Part shown: in pieces, positions 29,077 to 32,000 of the stretch
How the letters are laid out: every line of letters starts with the position of its first letter
How positions within the stretch are numbered: position 1 is the first letter of the stretch
Assembly: GCA_021650915.1 (NCBI GenBank)
Contig: CP091279.1
Span: 3,240,001-3,272,000, forward strand
Reading direction: 5' to 3'
DNA from: Candidatus Brocadia sp.
GTDB lineage: Bacteria > Planctomycetota > Brocadiia > Brocadiales > Brocadiaceae
DNA: 32,000 nt
The notes under the pieces: model-generated
Databases searched by the model: none
The model's input: the letters and a program-made list of their open reading frames with translations, nothing else
Told to the model about the DNA's origin: nothing
Made by a program: the position numbers and the translations under genes

Positions 29077-30473
29077 AGGTTCTTTTAATTGCGGTCAATC
29101 AGGAAAAACATCCCTACCCTGTGCAACCCATTGGTGCTATTTATATTGCAGCAGCTTTAAAGGAAAAAGGTCACCAGGTCCGATTTTTGGACCTGAATTT
29201 TGTGGATGATTATAAAAGAGAGATACCTCTTACCCTGAACGAATTTAAACCGGATATTGTTGGTATTTCCATGAGAAATATCGATAACTGTTTCTATCCC
29301 AATATGGAGTTCTATCTCCCAAAAATAAAAGAGTTTGTCGATTGTTGTAAAGCAAATACCACTGCCAGATTGATAGTAGGTGGCTCCGGGTTCTCTGTAA
29401 TGCCGAAAGAGATTTTGGAGTATTTAGAGTTGGACTTGGGAATAACAGGAAATGGCGAAGAGGTAATTTGCAATTTGGTCGCCAAGATAGAGGATGGCGC
29501 AGACATTGAAAAGATCGAAGGTATTATTTATAGGAAGAACGGGCACTATTTTAAAAATCCTGTCACCTATACTTCCTATGGGCTTGATGGATTAGAGCCT
29601 GCCCGATTTCTTCTTGCATTAAAGACATATTTTGAAGAGGGAAGTGTTGCGCCTATTCAATCCAAGAGAGGTTGTGAGTTTGACTGTATTTATTGCACCT
29701 ATCCCTTAATTGAAGGAGAAAAGGTCAGGTTGCGCAATCCGAAAATGGTTGTGGATGAGATTGAGAAATTGAAACGGGATTTTGGAATCGACTACGTATT
29801 CTTCATCGACAATGTCTTTAACTATCCCATTAACCATGCTGTTTCCATTTGCAAAGAAATTATAGACCGTAAGATCAAGATAGGGTGGACAGGATTTTTT
29901 AATCCGGCATTTATGACAAAAGAATTGGTTTCCCTGCTTAAGGAATCAGGTTGCTCCGGAGTAGAGTTTGGAACTGAGGCTGCATGTGATAAGATGCTTA
30001 AGAATTTAGGGAAAAGCTTTAATGTAAATACCCTGATTAAATCTCACAAACTATGTGCAGAAGTAGGCGTTAAGACATGCCATTATCTACTATTGGGAGG
30101 GCCCGGAGAAACCATAGAGACGATAGAGGAAAGCCTTGCTTTAATGAGAGAACTGAAGCCCACAGCCGTAATTGTCGCTACTGGAATACGCATTTACCCG
30201 GGAACGCCATTAGAAAAGATAGCAATTGAAGAAGGGTATGATCTGACAAATCTCTTGATACCCCATTTTTACATTTCCAAAGAATTGGGAGATAATGTTG
30301 AAGAAACTATTCAGAATTTTGCAAAAAAATACCCTGAGTTTATCTTTGAAGGTGTTCACAAGAAGACGTCTAAGGAGATACTACGGATGATGAGGCGTAT
30401 GGGGTTTAAGGGACCTTCATGGGAATTTGCTCCTGTAGTTAATAGGCTTTTTAAACGCCGGGAATCAGATTGA
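29073..30473 (+). CDS. Cobalamin-binding-domain radical SAM enzyme (class B), 466 aa
   Basis: It overlaps the upstream gene by ATGA. The B12-binding-like N-terminus reads KVLLIAVN...DIVGISMRN...IVGGSGFS. The CxxxCxxC box is GCEFDCIYCTY. Confidence 0.9.
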   Translation: MKVLLIAVNQEKHPYPVQPIGAIYIAAALKEKGHQVRFLDLNFVDDYKREIPLTLNEFKPDIVGISMRNIDNCFYPNMEFYLPKIKEFVDCCKANTTARLIVGGSGFSVMPKEILEYLELDLGITGNGEEVICNLVAKIEDGADIEKIEGIIYRKNGHYFKNPVTYTSYGLDGLEPARFLLALKTYFEEGSVAPIQSKRGCEFDCIYCTYPLIEGEKVRLRNPKMVVDEIEKLKRDFGIDYVFFIDNVFNYPINHAVSICKEIIDRKIKIGWTGFFNPAFMTKELVSLLKESGCSGVEFGTEAACDKMLKNLGKSFNVNTLIKSHKLCAEVGVKTCHYLLLGGPGETIETIEESLALMRELKPTAVIVATGIRIYPGTPLEKIAIEEGYDLTNLLIPHFYISKELGDNVEETIQNFAKKYPEFIFEGVHKKTSKEILRMMRRMGFKGPSWEFAPVVNRLFKRRESD

Positions 30474-30479
30474 TAAAAA

Positions 30480-30612
30480 GTAAGTGCTCGGTGTAAGTTT
30501 AATCACTACCGAGAAGAGCGAACAAAATCAGGCAATTCGTCGCATAATATCCGCCTCGAATGCGTTCCTTATTTTTGACAGATCGAGAGATAGCAGTAAA
30601 ACATGACAAAAA
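30480..30612 (-). pseudogene. 3'-terminal remnant of a second, diverged IS66-type element
   Basis: The minus strand reads YLSICQK*GTHSRRILCDELPDFVRSSR*, colinear with YLSTCRKQGVNLSQALQRVFRGKLPDFARS* at 20776-20866. An IS66-style terminus gtaagtgctcgg starts at 30480, 6 nt after the rSAM stop. Confidence 0.6.
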
Positions 30613-30616
30613 ATTG

Positions 30617-30682
30617 GTAGAGTAGAAAAAGAGAGACTTAGTTAAAGAAAAAGCCCTCCAAATATGGTAAAAAATAGTTTTG
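30617..30682 (+). repeat. 66-bp terminal fragment of the ISKra4/ISLre2-like IS (reverse complement of 8870-8935)
   Basis: gtagagtagaaaaagagagact.agttaaagaaaaagccctccaaatatggtaaaaaatagttttg matches the end of the 7550-8935 element with one mismatch. Confidence 0.75.
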
Positions 30683-30839
30683 GGTCTTCAGGCAAGCGAG
30701 TGGGTAATTTTGAGCAGTTTTATATCTCCTTTAGCATACAAGTAAGAATTTTTAGCCGGAGATATTCCTCATCTCTCAAGCCGTATGCCCTCCTCTGTAT
30801 CACCCGAATCTTGTTATCAAGACCTTCGGCAAAGCCTAA
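30683..30839 (-). pseudogene. ISL3-family element end with the last 41 codons of its transposase
   Basis: The minus strand reads LGFAEGLDNKIRVIQRRAYGLRDEEYLRLKILTCMLKEI* (CDS part 30714-30839). The IS terminus ggtcttcaggc is at 30683. The element is cut at 30839 by the IS1634-like copy. Confidence 0.7.
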
Positions 30840-32000
30840 CCCGACTTTCGCAATTCGAGGGGTATACAACCCGCTAAGCCAGGAAAATCAAGGGGTCATG
30901 TAAAAAGGTCGGCACTACAGGCCGACCTGCCCGGATACGTAAACCTTGGGCGGCGGTTGTTCAGGAAGCGTTAATCCCAACTGCGCCAAAAGGAGTAAAA
31001 CGTCCTTCTCCGGCTGGGTATAACGGCTCATGACAATATGACGGCCATCCGTGGTCGGTAAATGAACGTCTATCATTTGAATGCCCGACAGTTTTTCCAA
31101 AATCGCTTCAGACGTCAGCCCTCCGGCTCTCCCCGCGCAAGATTGCGCAGTGTCGTGTGGAGACAAAAAGCCAAAAAGGAAACAAAGATATGGGCTTCAA
31201 TTCTCCGTTCCAATTGATGCCATAGGGGGCGGACGGAAAGAGACCCCTTCAAGTCCTTAAATGCCTGTTCTATCCGCGTCAACAGCAAATAATTTTCCCA
31301 GACGGTTTCTGGCGCGGCGGCCTGCATGTTGGAACGAAGCAAATAACGCCCCTCGCGCCGATACGCCTGCCTCAGGCGTTCCCGATCCAAACTGAACCGG
31401 AACGTATTCTCATTGACCGGTTCCTGCGGTTTGGGAATGGAGATCGTGACCAGTCTGTAGTCTCGTCCGGCTTCTTTCTTTAACGCGCCAATATGCATGA
31501 GCAGGTCATCGCGCGTGAGGGCTTTTCGATTGCGAAGTTCGCGCAGGCCCATCCACAAACGTCTGAGTCTGCGCCTACGCATGGCACGCTCCTTAGACAC
31601 CCGGTCATGGCTTTCCACGTAAACGTAAAACTCCGATTCCTGCCGAAGAACTTTCACGCGGACACTCTCCCTCGCCTGCATCCAGGTTTGTTCGAGCAAC
31701 GGTTTTTCTACTCGCGTCAAATGTCCCTTCGGAGTCCCAACCAAATAATCAATCCCGCGCTCACGCATCTTTTCCAACATCTCCTCCGTTGGAATACCGC
31801 GATCCATAAGCCAGGTGCGCCGGAATTTCCCATACTGCTTTTCAATCCGATCCAGAAATTCCTCCAGCGTTGCGGTGTCTCTGGTATTGCCCGGATACAC
31901 TTCGTAGGCCACGGGAAATCCTTCCGGCGTTAACACCAATGCCACTACCACCTGCACGCAATCCGAACGTTTGTCCCGGCTATATCCAAACCGTTTCTTA
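30840..32000 (-). mobile_element. IS1634-like element, fourth copy (runs off the window)
   Basis: It has the same terminus cccgactttcgcaattcgaggggtatacaacccgctaagcc, preceded by CTAA (30836-39). Confidence 0.85.
30915..32000 (-). pseudogene. IS1634-like transposase, frameshifted copy (partial in window)
   Basis: It reads cagccctccggctctccccgcgc at about 31117-31139, where the other copies read ...ggccctcccccgcgc (one nt shorter). This splits the ORF into 30915-31166 and 31115-31957+. Confidence 0.8.

Noticed and set aside
27718-30473. The two radical SAM enzymes as RiPP maturases with a nearby precursor peptide.
   Set aside because: Neither has a SPASM or twitch Cys-rich C-terminal extension. 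Both have N-terminal cobalamin-binding-type domains. No small Cys- or Gly-rich precursor ORF is evident next to them. The ACP and adenylase context fits small-molecule or lipid chemistry better.

Overview
About two thirds of this window is mobile DNA, nested several layers deep. Only two stretches look like ordinary cellular genes. The first is the 3' end of recQ (2-1312). The second is a seven-gene, same-strand operon at 21569-30473. It encodes a DUF98/chorismate-lyase-like protein, a free-standing acyl carrier protein, a Tat-signal DUF362 protein, an AMP-forming adenylating enzyme, an O-methyltransferase and two cobalamin-binding radical SAM enzymes. This operon is the most interesting candidate. 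It looks like an uncharacterised carrier-protein-dependent tailoring pathway, possibly starting from an aromatic acid. It lies between inward-facing 3' ends of two IS66-type elements and is itself split by a decayed IS630-type element. The remaining sequence can be reconstructed by comparing junctions. It holds two near-identical group II intron copies. One sits in a Y1/HUH (RAYT-like) transposase gene. The other is split by three nested or tandem copies of a 2007-bp IS1634-like element, and a fourth copy lies at the window end. Also present are two different IS630-type elements with matching MITEs of about 100 bp, a second IS1634-family element cut in half and partly inverted, and an ISKra4/ISLre2-like IS. 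There are also IS110, ISAzo13, IS66 and ISL3 remnants. I saw no rRNA, tRNA or CRISPR array. Every family assignment rests on reading motifs in the translated ORFs by eye; no database search was possible. The host taxon cannot be established from this window.
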